From Trichoplax adhaerens (taxonomy: Eukaryota > Animalia > Placozoa), in the NCBI RefSeq assembly GCF_000150275.1, contig NW_002060943.1, positions 11,098,878 through 11,162,877 on the forward strand: a stretch of DNA of 64,000 nt. Direction: 5' to 3'. Under the pieces are notes generated by a model. It was not told where the DNA came from and did no database searches. It worked only from the letters and a program-made list of their open reading frames with translations. Shown here one piece after another: positions 26,601 to 40,800 of the stretch; position 1 is the stretch's first letter; each line of letters starts with the position of its first letter. Made by a program: the position numbers and the translations under genes.

Positions 26601-28538
26601 GATTCTATAAGTAATTAATTGTATTTATTTAGTACATAAGAGAAAAAGTTACATTATGAAAAAATAATTTACGTGTACATATCTTAATGCTAAATGAATC
26701 TTTTATTTTAGGCGAATTTTATCTTTTTCTTTTACGCACTAAAAGTAATGTTATCGCCGACAAAGATTAGTAAGAACCAACAAGATAGAAGTAAAATCAA
26801 GTGCGTTAATAAATTGCGCGTATGAATTGATAGTTGTTATTTCTATTTTACTAAAGCTTCATTTTTAGTATCTGAATTGTATTGCAAACTATATTTGGAT
26901 AATTATCTTGTGCGGCGAATTAAGTATGCTAATGTTAAAATAAATTAGAGTTGGCTTGAGAGGTTCTGCTGTACTATTACCCCTTCTTGGTGTGGGCTGG
27001 ATATTGGGATTTCTAGCTGCGAATGAACATTTAGAATTTTTCAAATATCCATTTGTGATTGCCAATTCGCTACAAGTAAATGAGATGCTTTATTCGTTAA
27101 CGTTTAATAAATATATAGATCTACGTGATTTATTAATTTTATTTACTTTAATCTAGGGCTTCTTCATTTTTTTATGCTATTGTATCTTCAATACACCGGT
27201 ATTTATGCTTTATATCTTTGTAGCATTAATAACTACTTAATTATGCCACTATCCGGTTTCACTTAACAAGATATCATGAAGTAATCCCGTGCTACTCTAA
27301 CTAGAAAATTTAAATCATACCAATAATTTTCTACTGTAGTACCCTTAACATTATAATCGAGACTGTTTATGATATTTACTATATAGAAAATACTAGAAAA
27401 TTATTAATTTACTTACCCAGTTAGTAATTTGAAAAGTTTACTAACTTCACTGCACAGATATGTCTTAATACGGTTTCTTAATGCGAAGGCATTGGCTACG
27501 AAGTGATGTAGCAATGTTCTACATTTTCTGTTCATTGGTATTTGTAAAATCCTATCTCAAGCAAATGCCACCAAATAATATTTAACAGTTATTTTAGCAT
27601 GTTCTTACCGCAGAAAATATCGACTGAATCTATAAAGTTACTGAAATATAACTGAGACTTGATACACTTAGTATATTCGTCATACTGTTTCTAATCTGCT
27701 TCTTTCTCATTTAGGTTAATATACTCGTAAATAGTTTCACCCATATCATGAACTTTCCATTCAAATAATGTCTACCCTACTATCTACAGAACTTCATTTC
27801 ATTATCATAAACCGATATGGATATTTTATGCTCAAAAATCTTGTAGCGACATACTGATATTTCGCAATTAATGATGCCATATAATAATATATATCTAATC
27901 AAAGTTTTCTAGGTTTACTTAAAAATAAATATATTGGTAGTTACCATACCTTAATCCTCAATTACTAAAATTTACCTTACTGTAGTCACATTTCAGTACT
28001 TTGATATACTTGAAAACGATCATAAATTATTTTCCTATCATTAGCAGCCTTTTCGATGACGCATTATCATTTTAATAATGCTACCACTATTTATACCTGA
28101 GATAGCTCAACTTGTGTAAATTATAAAATAACTTTTATCTTAACATTGATAGGTAAGGGAAGCAATAAAGAGCAGCTCGAAGGGATCTAAAGTAGATTCA
28201 CATTCTGGTGGAATGCGCTCGCGTTATGAAAAGTAAGTTATTAATTCGTAAGGTTTCTAAATGTTTCCTTATCTACGATGGCTGAATTATAATCTTCACC
28301 TATTAGATAGTCGTAGATTAGAGATAACCTAGAATATTACTTAAAATTTTCTTTTTGTCATATTGAAGCTACCATGTCACTTAACTATTTATTGAACCAT
28401 TTCTAAGATAATCTTTATTAATTTATTAGACAAACAAATGGGCTACCCTCAAGAATGACTAGTAGTTCGTCGCTATCTACATTCGGCAAAGACGTCATTA
28501 GCATGAACACAAAGCAAGCTTTAAATAAGAAACATTAA
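11681..28538 (+). CDS. Adhesion GPCR 1: signal peptide - Cys-rich - CUB - 14 EGF - IgGFc-binding/DNDCDG repeat/HYR-like - 3 EGF - HormR - GAIN/GPS - 7TM (secretin-like)
   Basis: Signal peptide across exons 11681-11734 and 12134-12206 ([30 protein letters not shown]). CUB exon about 12763-13101. Phase-1 EGF exons at about 13190, 13837, 14212, 14423, 14964, 15487, 15759, 16031, 16316, 16584, 16938, 17131, 17358, 17627, 20187, 20441, 20729. Large exon 17997-19967. HormR ([16 protein letters not shown]...[10 protein letters not shown]), GPS WDTSGC...CHCDHL|TNFAVL (23995-24018), TM motifs [16 protein letters not shown] and [12 protein letters not shown]; stop at 28536-28538. Confidence 0.9.
15480..16735 (+). 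repeat. Tandem duplication of an EGF exon + intron unit (about 272 bp, 5 copies)
   Basis: Exons encoding D(I/V)(N/D)[26 protein letters not shown] start at 15487, 15759, 16031, 16316 and 16584. The introns (gtaaaacgagaaagacgataaattagacttagtatctc...) are near-identical. Confidence 0.95.
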
Positions 28539-31500
28539 TTTTAACTTTCTATTTTTCTTCTAATATAACATAACTTCCAGTTTGGTACGGTTTATTACAT
28601 ATGCATGGAAACAAGTGAATTCGTAAATGAAAGTGTAAATCTTCGATTATTAGAATGTTATTGCAATATATTTGCGTAGCTAGTTGCAGTATTAGCTATA
28701 GTGTATTCATTGATTTCTAAGATAAAATGGAGCAGAGCTTTTCGATGGACTATTTTAGTTAAAAAAATTACGCCCTTGACCACATTTTTTTCTGTCATGT
28801 ATTCTATGCTTGTTGTGATGTTTCGAATTAATGATCAATTTTAAATTTATGGATTTTTGATTTCGCATGTCAGTAAAATGACGAATAGAATTTATAATGC
28901 ATAGGATTCATTATTTGCATACGTTATTCTACTTCATGCTACTTTATACATTATTATCTATAATGCATAAAATCATAGTGTAATTATTTATACTTGCATT
29001 TGAAATGAACCTACTTTAGAATTACTGCATGCTGTTATACCACCTGCTAAGTTTATTATTGTTTAATATTATCACGAACATAGTGAAGATAATATTATCT
29101 ATATGGACGCACATAAATTAGGCTAATAGCAGTGATTGTTTGATTCCGGAACTGTCGTAACTGTAGTAAGAAAATCATTTAGATGTGATTTATGATCATT
29201 AAAGGAACTGTCTGATCTTGATGGTATCTTTTAGCTAATGCTGGAATTGGCTCCTTTTTACATAAAAAATAAACTGTAATGTAAGCAATTTGTTATCAAA
29301 TCAGATCATCAACATGAACACAAATCTATAAGAATTTATTAATCAACAGAATCATTTTCATAATTAAAATTAAAACTACCTTCTCAGCTGATCTAAACTT
29401 AAGCTATTGTAATTTTATATGTTAATGTTATTGTCTTAGTAGTGTATTAAAATTAGATATTAATCTATAGTATAATGAAAATGACATTTACGTGGTTCAT
29501 GATGAATTTTACTAGCTCACAAATGTTTGAGCTGCTTAATTACTTTTTGAACCGCTCGATTTACTGATGTTGACTAAAAATGATTTTCGTAGACTGGCAC
29601 AAAATTTTATATTGCAAATTCACTACAAAGAGAAACATTATTGACATTGTCTGCAGTCGACAGAGAGAATGATCATCGAATTTAGTTATTTTATGATCAT
29701 AAACTCTAAGAGCTACCTTTGATGTGAAATATCAATGATGCTTATATTATTACTACATATACCCATGTACGATTACAACCTGTCATTTATATTTAGTTTC
29801 AAGATTATACAGTAAATGGCTGATTAATATAATAATATACTATTATAATATGGGATATGAATAACTACATTATGAAACGACAATGACTGTTTCAGTTCTT
29901 TCTCCATTTTAAGCTGGCATTGCAATCAACTCATTACGACCCATAGGTAGAAAATATTAATGATCATTAGCTTTTTATCTCTAATTCCTCTTACCCATTG
30001 ATAAAACAACTTTTAAAATGTTGTCAACACAAAAGCTGACAAAATATTACAGAATTTGTGCATAAGATCCAGAAATGTTAACGACTTAAGGCCATTAAAT
30101 ATATTTTAAATATTACGGCGACCTTTTCATTTCATACGGTATAAATGGTAATTAGTACAGTATACTACACAATTAATATTTCATATAAAGATACACAAAA
30201 TTGTTGTCTAAAATATCAGTAACGATGTGGTTAAGAAGCCATAGTAGCATTGTCAATTTATAGAAAAACTTTAATATACGCGTGTGCCTAACATAGCAAA
30301 TAACTAATATTGGATGTATTTTGGAAACATGGAGAGTTGCAGCACCCATGAGAAAATATCAAATTTTATAAAGTATGTAGCACCACATAATTCATCTTGA
30401 CCTTTATTAACACAATAAAGCCATTGGAAGAATTTCACATCAACTGTTGTATTGAATCTATTCGGCACGGTAAATAATTGTATCACCAGTGAGCCTCCCT
30501 TCCCACCAGGTATTCTTCCCGTTAATCATTATTGATTCTTACAGCATTTAACCGAGAGTGAAATACAAAGATTTAAAAGTAGTATATAGAGCGAGTCTAC
30601 CTAGTAAAGAAATTGGTTGATAATCTTAAACTACCTTAACCGTACTCCGTCAATATTAAATCATATTTTAGACCATATGAGCGAATGTAAATCTCCTACA
30701 ACTAGGATTGATAAGTTGATCGATATTGTACTGTTTTCAATGCATGTGATGAAGTCATCACAGCTCACAATTCAAATCCTTTAAATTATGAAACTATGAC
30801 GAATGTCTTGACTCAATTATCGTTTTAACTCAAATAACTGTGTGACCTTAACCAAGTATTCTATGCCGGTACATCATTCCATCTATGCCGGTATAATATT
30901 AGTTGGATTTTAATTAAATTACCCTGATAAAATGCTATATTTATTTACTTAACAGATAAATTAATAACGAGTGATAGAAATATTAAATTAGTATGAGCTG
31001 AAATTGGGAGGTGTCAAAATCTCATCACTTTGCTGCTCTAAATGGCTATCATTTAAATTATTTTTATTTGACGAAAACTTGTTTTTTATTGTAACTTGTC
31101 GTGTGCATTTGTACTATATCAATTTTATCGCCATAATATAATATTACATTAAAAGATAATGCAGAATTATGAATAATGAATGATTAGTGATGTTTGACAG
31201 ACATGAAACGAAAACTTGAGTGGTAAAACTCACTACGTTTTACTACTCTAAAGTTACTATTCTTTAAATTATTTTTGTTTCACTTGCACTCCCCTTTTTT
31301 TGCCTATTTGCTAGCCTAGTAGCCTACTATCCTATCCTATCAATTTTATCACGGTCATAAAATGTTGAGTTTACTTAACAGATCGAGAATTTCCGATAAT
31401 TAGTGACTGCAATATACTGTAAAGGCAAACATAAACTGAAGCTTTAAGCCATGTATAAGCAATATAGAGATATATAATTTCTTTCTTTTGCTACCTTATT

Positions 31501-31633
31501 AAAGTCACTATCATTACATGAAATTGTTTGATTTCTAACTCTACTTTTATTTGACTGCCAGCCTCCTCTTTTATCCCATTCATTTAATCGTGACGACATA
31601 ATTCTATGTTTACTAAAGAGATTACGTAATATA

Positions 31634-32130
31634 ACGAATGATTCTAGTAGATGGTGGCTATAAATGAATACCACTGCAAGCTTAAGCGGAAGAATTAATG
31701 ACTTGACGAATAGTTCTAGTAGATAGTGGCTATAAATGAATACCACTGCAAGCTTAAGTGAAAGAATTAATGACTTGACGAATAATTCTAGTAGATAGTA
31801 GCTATAAATGAATACCACTGCAAGCTTAAGCGGAAGAACTAATAACTTGACGAATAATTCTAGTAGATGGTGGCTATAAATGAATACCACTGCAAACTTA
31901 AGCGGAAGAATTAATGACTTGACGAATAATTCTAGTAGATGATGGCTATAAATGAATACCACTGCAAACTTAAGCAGAAGAATTAATGACTTAACGAATA
32001 ATTCTAGTAGATGATGGCTATAAATGAATACCACTGCAAGCTTAAGCGGAAGAACTTATTACTTGACGAATAATTCTAGTAGATGGTGGCTATAAATGAA
32101 TACCACTACAAACTTAAGCGGAAGAATGAA
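31634..32130. repeat. 72-bp minisatellite, about 7 copies
   Basis: Unit acgaataattctagtagatggtggctataaatgaataccactgcaagcttaagcggaagaattaatgacttg starts at 31634, 31706, 31778, 31850, 31922, 31994 and 32066. Confidence 0.95.
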
Positions 32131-32263
32131 TTACTTTCCCTAGTCTAAAGTATAGCAAGTTGCCATTACTAAATTATTTCCTTTAAGCTTGGAATTTATT
32201 TTGGCATAACTACCCTGACCTCCTACTATATGGATGAACTTCACTTGTGTCCTACCGATAAAG

Positions 32264-32342
32264 TGACGCGTATGACGGGTGACACTTTGGTGACGATATC
32301 ATGGACGTCAAATCTGCAAACATTGACTCAAGAAATGAGTCA
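32264..32342. promoter_or_regulatory. Cluster of bZIP (CRE half-site/AP-1) motifs
   Basis: TGACG at 32264, 32273 and 32291; GACGTCA at 32304; TGACTCA at 32324; TGAGTCA at 32336. All lie within 80 bp, about 240 bp upstream of a signal-peptide-like exon. Confidence 0.45.
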
Positions 32343-32576
32343 CATCCTTGTTGTAACACATCGCATTCTTAATTGAGCGTCATATCGCTGGAATGTCATC
32401 CTAAAGACGACAACCTGTAGGAGGTACCTCAATGGAAAACAATCATATCGCTATAGTTCATTATCACTTTAGAGTTACAACAATAGACGCTTTGTCTTGT
32501 ATTATATTCAGTAGACCAATCATAATATTAAATAATAACCATGCTGATAGGAATAACGAAGACAATATTGAGCTTA

Positions 32577-32699
32577 ATGGCTGGCCTTCTAAATCATCTC
32601 AATTGCCAAGCAATATCACGCAGACTGTCATTTATTTCGATATTTATTGGATATCTCTTAGCAATTTCAGAGTTAAAGGCACTATCAATAACAGCACTG
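32577..32699 (+). CDS. Candidate first (signal-peptide) exon of adhesion GPCR 2
   Basis: MAGLLNHLNCQAISRRLSFISIFIGYLLAISELKALSITAL followed by a phase-0 donor gtaggg, compatible with the phase-0 acceptor at 34837. The linkage is inferred. Confidence 0.45.
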
Positions 32700-34836
32700 G
32701 TAGGGGGAAATATTGAACGACAGGGCACATGGTAAATTAGTCCGGGCTTAATTTCTATCGGTAAGCAACTTGGTTGAACGTTTAGGATATAAATTTCAAT
32801 TTTCGAAATAACTAAACAAGAAGAATGTACAAGCAAGTTTATAGGTAATAAATGAGCCTACTCAGTGATAACTAAGACAACTTTTCTTTTTACTCAATCC
32901 AACAGCTTGGTTGCAAGGTGGAAAACAATCTGATTAGGGTGAGTATGAGCATCCTGAGATAAATTTTGCTGTCATTTATATTATAATAATGCAAATGAAA
33001 GGCTACTAGCATCGATGAAAACTAAATCTTTTATGTTAACAGGAAAAAACTACAAGAATAATCAAGCTGCAACATTCTTATAGTTGATCATTAGCTTATC
33101 GGGAAGGCAAAATAAGTAAATTAGGTAGGGATACAGTAAACTACTTTACCGTGTTTATTTAAATCGAGGTAATAGAAAATCTTCTACCGATGTATAATAG
33201 AAAAATTGAATTTGTTAATAAGAAATTAATTTGGCTAATAGAATCGTTCGTATAATATTCAACGCCAAGCAATTTAAACAAGCATGAATTTAATAATAAT
33301 CTTATTTGGTTCTATTTGATAAATGAACCTGTTTAAAGCTTAATCCAAACCAATTCTTGATAAATTCTTGCTACTACTAGATTCGTGAAGCAATTTCCTT
33401 ACCAATTAAAAGACAGATGGCGACGAGTAGTACTTCCTGTTTACTTTCATTCATTTTGGTGATTCTTTGTTGCGTAAGTACCGTATTAGACCAAAGAAGT
33501 TCAATTTTGGCTATATATTCATACAGTTTTACTAATACAAACAACGAAATGCTATAAGCTTGGATGTTAATGGCTATTACAAAGTCTAGAAATAACAGAA
33601 AATAGTCAATTGAATGAGTAAAAATTAAGTTATAATGCATCCCAGGTTTTTTTTCAAGGTTAGCAATAGCTAACGCCCACATACCATCTGGTATAGCCAT
33701 AGTAATATGAGATACCAGTCGTTAAAAAGCCAATAATCGTCGGCGAACAAATAATTTAATTTTAAGATACTTGATTTAAGTACTTCTTTTTGGAAAGATG
33801 CGATGCTACTTTAGCTAATACTACGCTTAGATCATACAGTATTTTATAATACAACAAACTATCATTAGTAGCAAATAAATTGAATACATCAGCAGAGTAA
33901 TTTTATTCAAAATTTACCTCTACAGTAGACGAACAGTAACGGATAGATCGCCGTGTAATATTTGGCTAAGCACTCTAGTCTACCTAAATTAAAGAAAAAA
34001 CCTTCTTTTATGGAAATATACAACCTTATCGATTACATAAATATCATGGCTATCACTCAATAGGCTCCATTCGTTTTCAATGGTACCTTAATGAACATAC
34101 TCTAACTGTTCAAATCAAGGAATCACTTAATATTAACAAAGCATTATAAAGTTAGGATATGATATGATTATAGTTCAATTTACAGTATTTTTCCTTATAA
34201 GCATTCAAGTGCAGTAGTTTTACGAACATACAGTATATTACTGAAAGATTACCTCAGCTATAGTCACGGAAAATACTGAAACTATACTACGCCTTTAGTG
34301 CTTTCCATTGATTTATACATATAATGTATTATTGCTATTTTGCACTTGAACAATTATTAAGAGTCCACATTAGTTAAGTCTATCCAAGTTTCAGCAATTT
34401 TCTCAGATGTATTAGATGATATACTTAAAAGTACTACTTTCGGCTATTAATTAAATCCAATCAGCCTTGTACACTAGTGTCTATCATTAAATTATGTAAA
34501 CTTCTTCATAGTCTTTGCACATTAATAACTAGAAATTAAAAAAACCGAGGCATAATGCATAGAAATTTCTTCTATTATTATTTAATCCTTTGCTCGTAAG
34601 AATGACAATTACATCACTACAGAGATTTCTAGAGCAAATCAATAAATGGTAGCATATTCTTGACATCCATTGTAAATAATGCATTCTACTACTAGTACTA
34701 GTTCATTTTTGTAACAGAATTTTAGTTCTATTCTCGCTAATGTACTACTATTCTCCTGTACAACAGTCAGTAATTTTCTATTATGAATTACTATCATGCT
34801 GTTAATTTGTTATCGCTATACTATCTTTAAAATCAG

Positions 34837-37800
34837 AATGGCATGATAACTGTATCTGTCGGCGCTGCATCTGATAATCCGTCAGGTAAGATAAGCAATA
34901 GCATATTAAATGACATGATCATAAAAATCATGTTGTGATTACCCAAAATTTCATTACAGTAAAACCTTAATTACCTTGCGTCTTATATGTCAAGATTTAG
35001 TTGCTAGAACCCGAGTTCATTCTAACTTTGATGATAGAACACTATAACATTAATTTCTAGATTCTGGTAACTGCTCAAAAACTTACCATCATTTCTCAAA
35101 TACCATTGCCTCACCGAACTTCCCGGATAAATATCCCGTTTTGTCTAATTGTTGCTGGAAGATTATACTAAACAACACGCAATCGATCTTTTTTCGGTTT
35201 TTGGCTTTCAATGTTGAATATCGTCTTCGATGCGCCTTTGATTATGTCATGATATCACCAGGTAGTACTGCAAATAAAACCTGTGATGACATCGCGGCAA
35301 CATCTAGCAGTTCAGCGATGTGCGGAAACAATATACCACCTCCGGTACAAATCAATAGTAATATCGTCTACATCAACTTTCATAGTGATTCTGTCAATGG
35401 AGATAATACTGGCTTTCAGTTAAAATATGAAGGAGGTAATCTTAAATTCTGTTATTGAATGCATTAAATAAGCTCAAATGTTTTAAATTAAAATTCAATC
35501 TGATATATCGAATCAATTTTTATAGAAGGATATTGTCTTATACATAAATCATGTAATTAGATGTTACCCTATTTATATAGAACAATTCAATTTGTGTATA
35601 TTGCTGCTCATGAAAAGCACAGTTACACTAAAGTGATATAAAGTTCATGATAGTGTTTTTTCACTTACCATAACCTTAATGAGCAATTTGATATTTTAAC
35701 TATCGAAAAATGATGCCTTACTAGGTAGATAATACGTAGTTACTATTTACTAAATCTTATGCTAAGTCGTTAACTTAATAATGAATAACTTTTTAGCATT
35801 TGGGCCAGATACAACTAAACTTTATGCAATTGGAGTGCCAAATCAAGTTGGAAATACTTATCAAGTAGTCGAGGGTAAAACTTTTAGTCTAGTATGTCAC
35901 TTTCAAGTTGCAGTTGAAGGAATTGATTTCCAATGGTATCATCGCAAGAATAATTCTTCATCAGTTTCAATTATGAACACACAATCGGATATTTCAATCT
36001 ATTCAAATAGTACAACTTCTATAATAACTATTCCCAGTATGCGGTCTGTTGACTCTGGAATTTATACCTGTAATGCATCAACAGCATTACAATCGATCAA
36101 GCTTAGCGCCAATTTGAATTTTACACCACAGCCAACCACTAAACCCCTATCAACAGCTCCGAGTATGGTTCCTACATCGTCTGTTGCGACTCAATTTACC
36201 GTAGAATCACTCTCTTGTCCAACAGAAGTGAAAGAGAAAATTTTGTGGCCTGCCACTACAGTGGGGAAAATTGCCAAAATAAAATGTATTCCACCATCTG
36301 AAGGTAAACAGACACTTCATTCTATTTTAGCAATGTCTATGTAAAAATAAAGAAAGAAAGCAATGAAAAACATAAGACATGATGTATAAATGACATCATA
36401 TTCCTATACCTTCTCGAGATGCTGACAATAATCTCGGTGTACTAGTCGATAATCATAAAATATTCGTACGTAGTCATAGATTTCAAGATTACCGTAATAT
36501 TTACTGCGTTTGCAGGTCTCGCTTTCCGTCAATGCTTACCGTTATCTAATGGCGCTGCAACATGGGACATTGTTGATACAACTCGATGCACGACTTTAGT
36601 ATTTGTGGAACTTAATGCTAAGGTATGTAGAAAGGATAAAACTCGATATTTGGCTGTGACTGGAAATAAAATATATGCAAAAATTGTGATAGTTATTAAT
36701 TATTATTCCATTTGTGGTACAGTACGCCACAGAATTATTTTTGCCTAAAAACCTTAAGAGGGTTGGCAGATTATTCGACATTACAGTATTCGCAAAATGA
36801 ACGAAATTGTATAGCAAATCTTTTATACAGTCCTCATTTAACAATCTCTCAGCATCCATTTTTAGTGATTAAAGTTATGAGAATCTTTCTTCTAACTTAG
36901 AAGAAGCAGAATTGATGTCGTAGATCGATAAACAGATGATACTTTTACTATACAAAAATTGATTGAATTTATACTTTATAGGCAAATACATCGTTAGGTG
37001 ATGAACAAGAAAAGTCACAAATACTACAAGAGCTATCGCAAATTACTGTCGCTAACAATTCGCAGCCGATCCAAGCTGGTGATATGATCATTACTAATAA
37101 TATCTTGGGTAAAATTGCTAGAGAATCGACTATCGTGACAGATATAGACCAACTTGAGGTAATACGTTGTATAATTTGTTTCATCCCATTTTTACGAATG
37201 AGAAATTCCGATAATAACTTTAGCTATAATTAAAATACTAATCGATATCTAATTTTTTTCTACATAAGGAATCTTTTTATTTTAAATATTATAGGAATAT
37301 CGTAGCTAACAGTAAACTAATTAGTATTGGATATATGTGCACTCTACTGTAGTTATCTAAGTTAATAACTCACGCCTTATCATATCCACCATACGTTTAA
37401 AAATTATCTAATTTCTATCAGTGCGCAAAAATACAGTTCTACTTTCGGCCATAATCGTCGTATAATGATTTAGATATAGTATGTCTCTAATACATAATTT
37501 ATTAACGTGATTATATCCGATTAACTTAGAATTTCCTTGTGACCAGCAATAACTTGCTTGATAATAGCAACAAAGAACAATGGAGAGCAATATCGGCTGT
37601 AAATACAACAATAACATACGCTTATTATTCATGCTTGATCAACTGATATGTTAGAAGCCTGTCAAAATCAATATTAGTCAGTAATTGATGTAGTTATGTA
37701 ACAAATATTAGAAACAACCTGGTGCAGCAGAAACCATTCAGAATCTAGATTTATTTGCTGGCAAATACGACTTGAGAGACACATATGAATTAACTCTGAC

Positions 37801-40800
37801 CCTACCCAACCTTGGTAAGCAATTTTCTTCAAATTTTCGATATTAGTGTTAATCCACGTAACCAAGAGTCTTACTAAAGTTTGCGTATATGTCGCAAATT
37901 TAACACTGTCCAAGCTCGTTACTTTTTATGACCATCCAGTAAATAATACATTCTATGGTATGCATTAAACTTTGTTTTCTAGTGTTAATGGGCACTCCTC
38001 TTTAATTTTATAGTCATGACGTTATTAGATGTACCGCCTGAAGACAAACGACCAATTACTTTTCCAGCTAATGTAACGGATACATCAGTACCTTGGTGGA
38101 ACGGAAACAAAATCACATTACCTGCGGCTTTATTTTCAGGTACTTAACGTAATGTAATTTCGATTCTTTTTCTAAATATATTGCATCAGAAGGAATTATC
38201 GGTGCTGATTCTAATTTAAGAATGTATTCAAAAATTATAGATCGTGAAAGTCTTTCCAGAGTCACCAACTTCATCTATAAGTCATTAAATGAATTCTTAC
38301 CTTATTCAACTGATGACGAAACCGGTGACATGTAGGCAAAATTATAAATATCACTAAATTTAACTATAATTGCCTATATAAAACTCTTTATTATACTGTA
38401 TATTTATTGCCGTATTAAAGTTACGAGGCAATGGTTTGAATGTTTATGTACGATTTAACTCAACTCATTTAAATCACCGGATAATATTTACTTATTCTCT
38501 CATACGATTTCTAATAGTAACAATGACCCTAGTGTCATAAACTCTCAAGTAATTTCAAGTACTATTCAGAATAGAACCGTAACTGGGTCAGATCAACCGG
38601 TGGAAATAGTTTTGAGGCACCTTAAGGTCAGAAAATTTGCTATCTATTCTTAAAACTTGTTTAATTAGACATTATTCACAAAGTCTGATATTTCTTATAT
38701 AGTATTAAAAATACTGTTAACGTGAAACTAACAGTTTATTGCGGTTAATATTAATCCTAAAATTTGTAGGATAAAAATACAGCGAATACAACGCATGAGT
38801 GTGTATTTTGGAATTTTGATAACAGGTTGTTACCCATTCATGCTTACATAGCTTTGCAAATGAGAGGAGTAGATACAAAGGTTGATTGTATCTCCTTTTA
38901 TCGTTGCGAATCTATCTAAGATAGGCAAAAAATATTTCTTAGTTAGTCTTTTTAAGATGATCTAGGCGATATCTTAAACTATAACATTTATTTCATTGCT
39001 AAAGTTATATAGCTGGTGGTGACTGGTCAAACTATGGTTGCCGGAAGAATTTCTCTAACGCTACTGTAACAGTCTGCCATTGCGATCATTTAACGCATTT
39101 TGCGGTATTGGTCCAAGTCAGAAATGCTACGGTAAGAGCTTTTATTAGTAATTACGAAAGAGCTATTTTAGGGCGACCCCCTTAAACTCTCAATAACATA
39201 AATTCTTTCAATCACAATAATTCTCGTCATCATTTTATTGACTTTTATTTACCTACAGATTAGTCCACCAGTATTGCTATCACTACAAATCATTACCTAT
39301 GTGGGCTGTGGAATTTCTATCTTATGCCTCTTAATAACTTTGATTCTGTATATCATCTTATGGAAGTATGAATTCATGATTTCATTTAATTTACAAGCAT
39401 TACTTCAGAATTAGTTCTTAATTCGACTTTAAAGACTGCCTAACAATTTGTCTGCTTTTATTAATGTAGATATTTTGAAGGGAGAGTGGTTATTTTTATT
39501 CACTTTAACCTCATGTTGTGCTTACTCATGTCCAATATACTAATAGTCTCCAGCCTTGGTTTAACAAAATATAAAGTAAGAGCCTTAGAAAATATAATAA
39601 TTCAAACTAGCGAAGTTTTTCTCTATCTAATAACTTTACGTAAAATATTTATCTTAATAATTATCAAAATATTCTTTATGTTGACGAAATTATGTTTTGT
39701 ATAGAATTTAAACTGAATTCGGGTTCTTCTTTTATAGTTAATATGTACGATGACAACAGCGACGCTCCATTTTGCATTGATAGCATCCTTTATGTGGATG
39801 CTTGTCGAAGGTTTACATGCTTACATTAAAATAGTTAGGGTATTTAGCTCTGGCATTAAACTTTGGCTATATTTTATAATTGCTTATGGTAAGTGATATA
39901 TACATTAGACTTTTTAATTCTACTTTTCAACAATAAAAATCACTACAACATTCGATATATGCTATGAGTGGCTACCTTGCATATTTATGAATGCGTAGAT
40001 AAATCTATCATACAGTGATATTATTGTCCATTTTCTTACTAAATTATAGGATCCGCTCTCGCTGTCGTAGGAGCTACTATTGGAATAGCTATCTTAGCTG
40101 CAGGTTTACCAGCTTACGTTGGTACTTTCGGGTATGTTATTTCATTTGCTGGCGTAACGGTTTTACTACTCTTCAAAATACTTAGAACCGGATTAATAGC
40201 TTTCTATCCCTGAATGATTTATATAAATGACTAAACAAGTTTAAAAAAACCTTTATTAAATATTTTTATACTATTTTTTAATACATTTATTACTGCACAA
40301 ATTGCAGGTGCTGGCTATCTATCGATCCACCAATTATTTTAGGTTTCCTTGTTCCGATTGGAGTGATTATTATGGTGCGTTTAATGCTAAACCACATAGT
40401 TTCCAAATGTGGACTGTTATAGCAACGGAATAATTAAAATTCTTTTATAATTCCATGATACCTTAGATTGGTAAACCTAAATTTGTAATCGTTTTATTAT
40501 CGTTTTTAATTTTTTTTATTCGATTGCAACATAATTTTGTGAACCCTGAAAGATCAATATCATTTTCTTGATATTGGTATTGAAAGAACATATTACGACC
40601 GTTAGTAAAGCTCCTAGAAAATCAGACGATAAACAAGTCAAGTTAACGAAGTAAGTAAAATATGAAACTATTTCAATACCTTTAAAAATATTAATCTTGA
40701 TGTATTTAGGTAGTAAAAATATACCAAACATTTTATCTGATTTTAAAATCTAATTCTCATAATTAATAGCCTTAGTAGAAATAGAAATTAATAAAAGATT

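Noticed and set aside
31444-32034. 196-aa hydrophobic minus-strand ORF
   Set aside because: A by-product of a 72-bp repeat that happens to lack stops in one frame; no ATG start and no domain.
31634-32130. CRISPR-like array, or repeated mini-ORF/neuropeptide precursor (MNTTASLSGRINDLTNNSSRWWL* with TAAATG coupling)
   Set aside because: Units repeat end to end with no unique spacers, the context is eukaryotic, and several copies have TAG/TGA in place of the Trp codons. There is no signal peptide or dibasic/amidation pattern.
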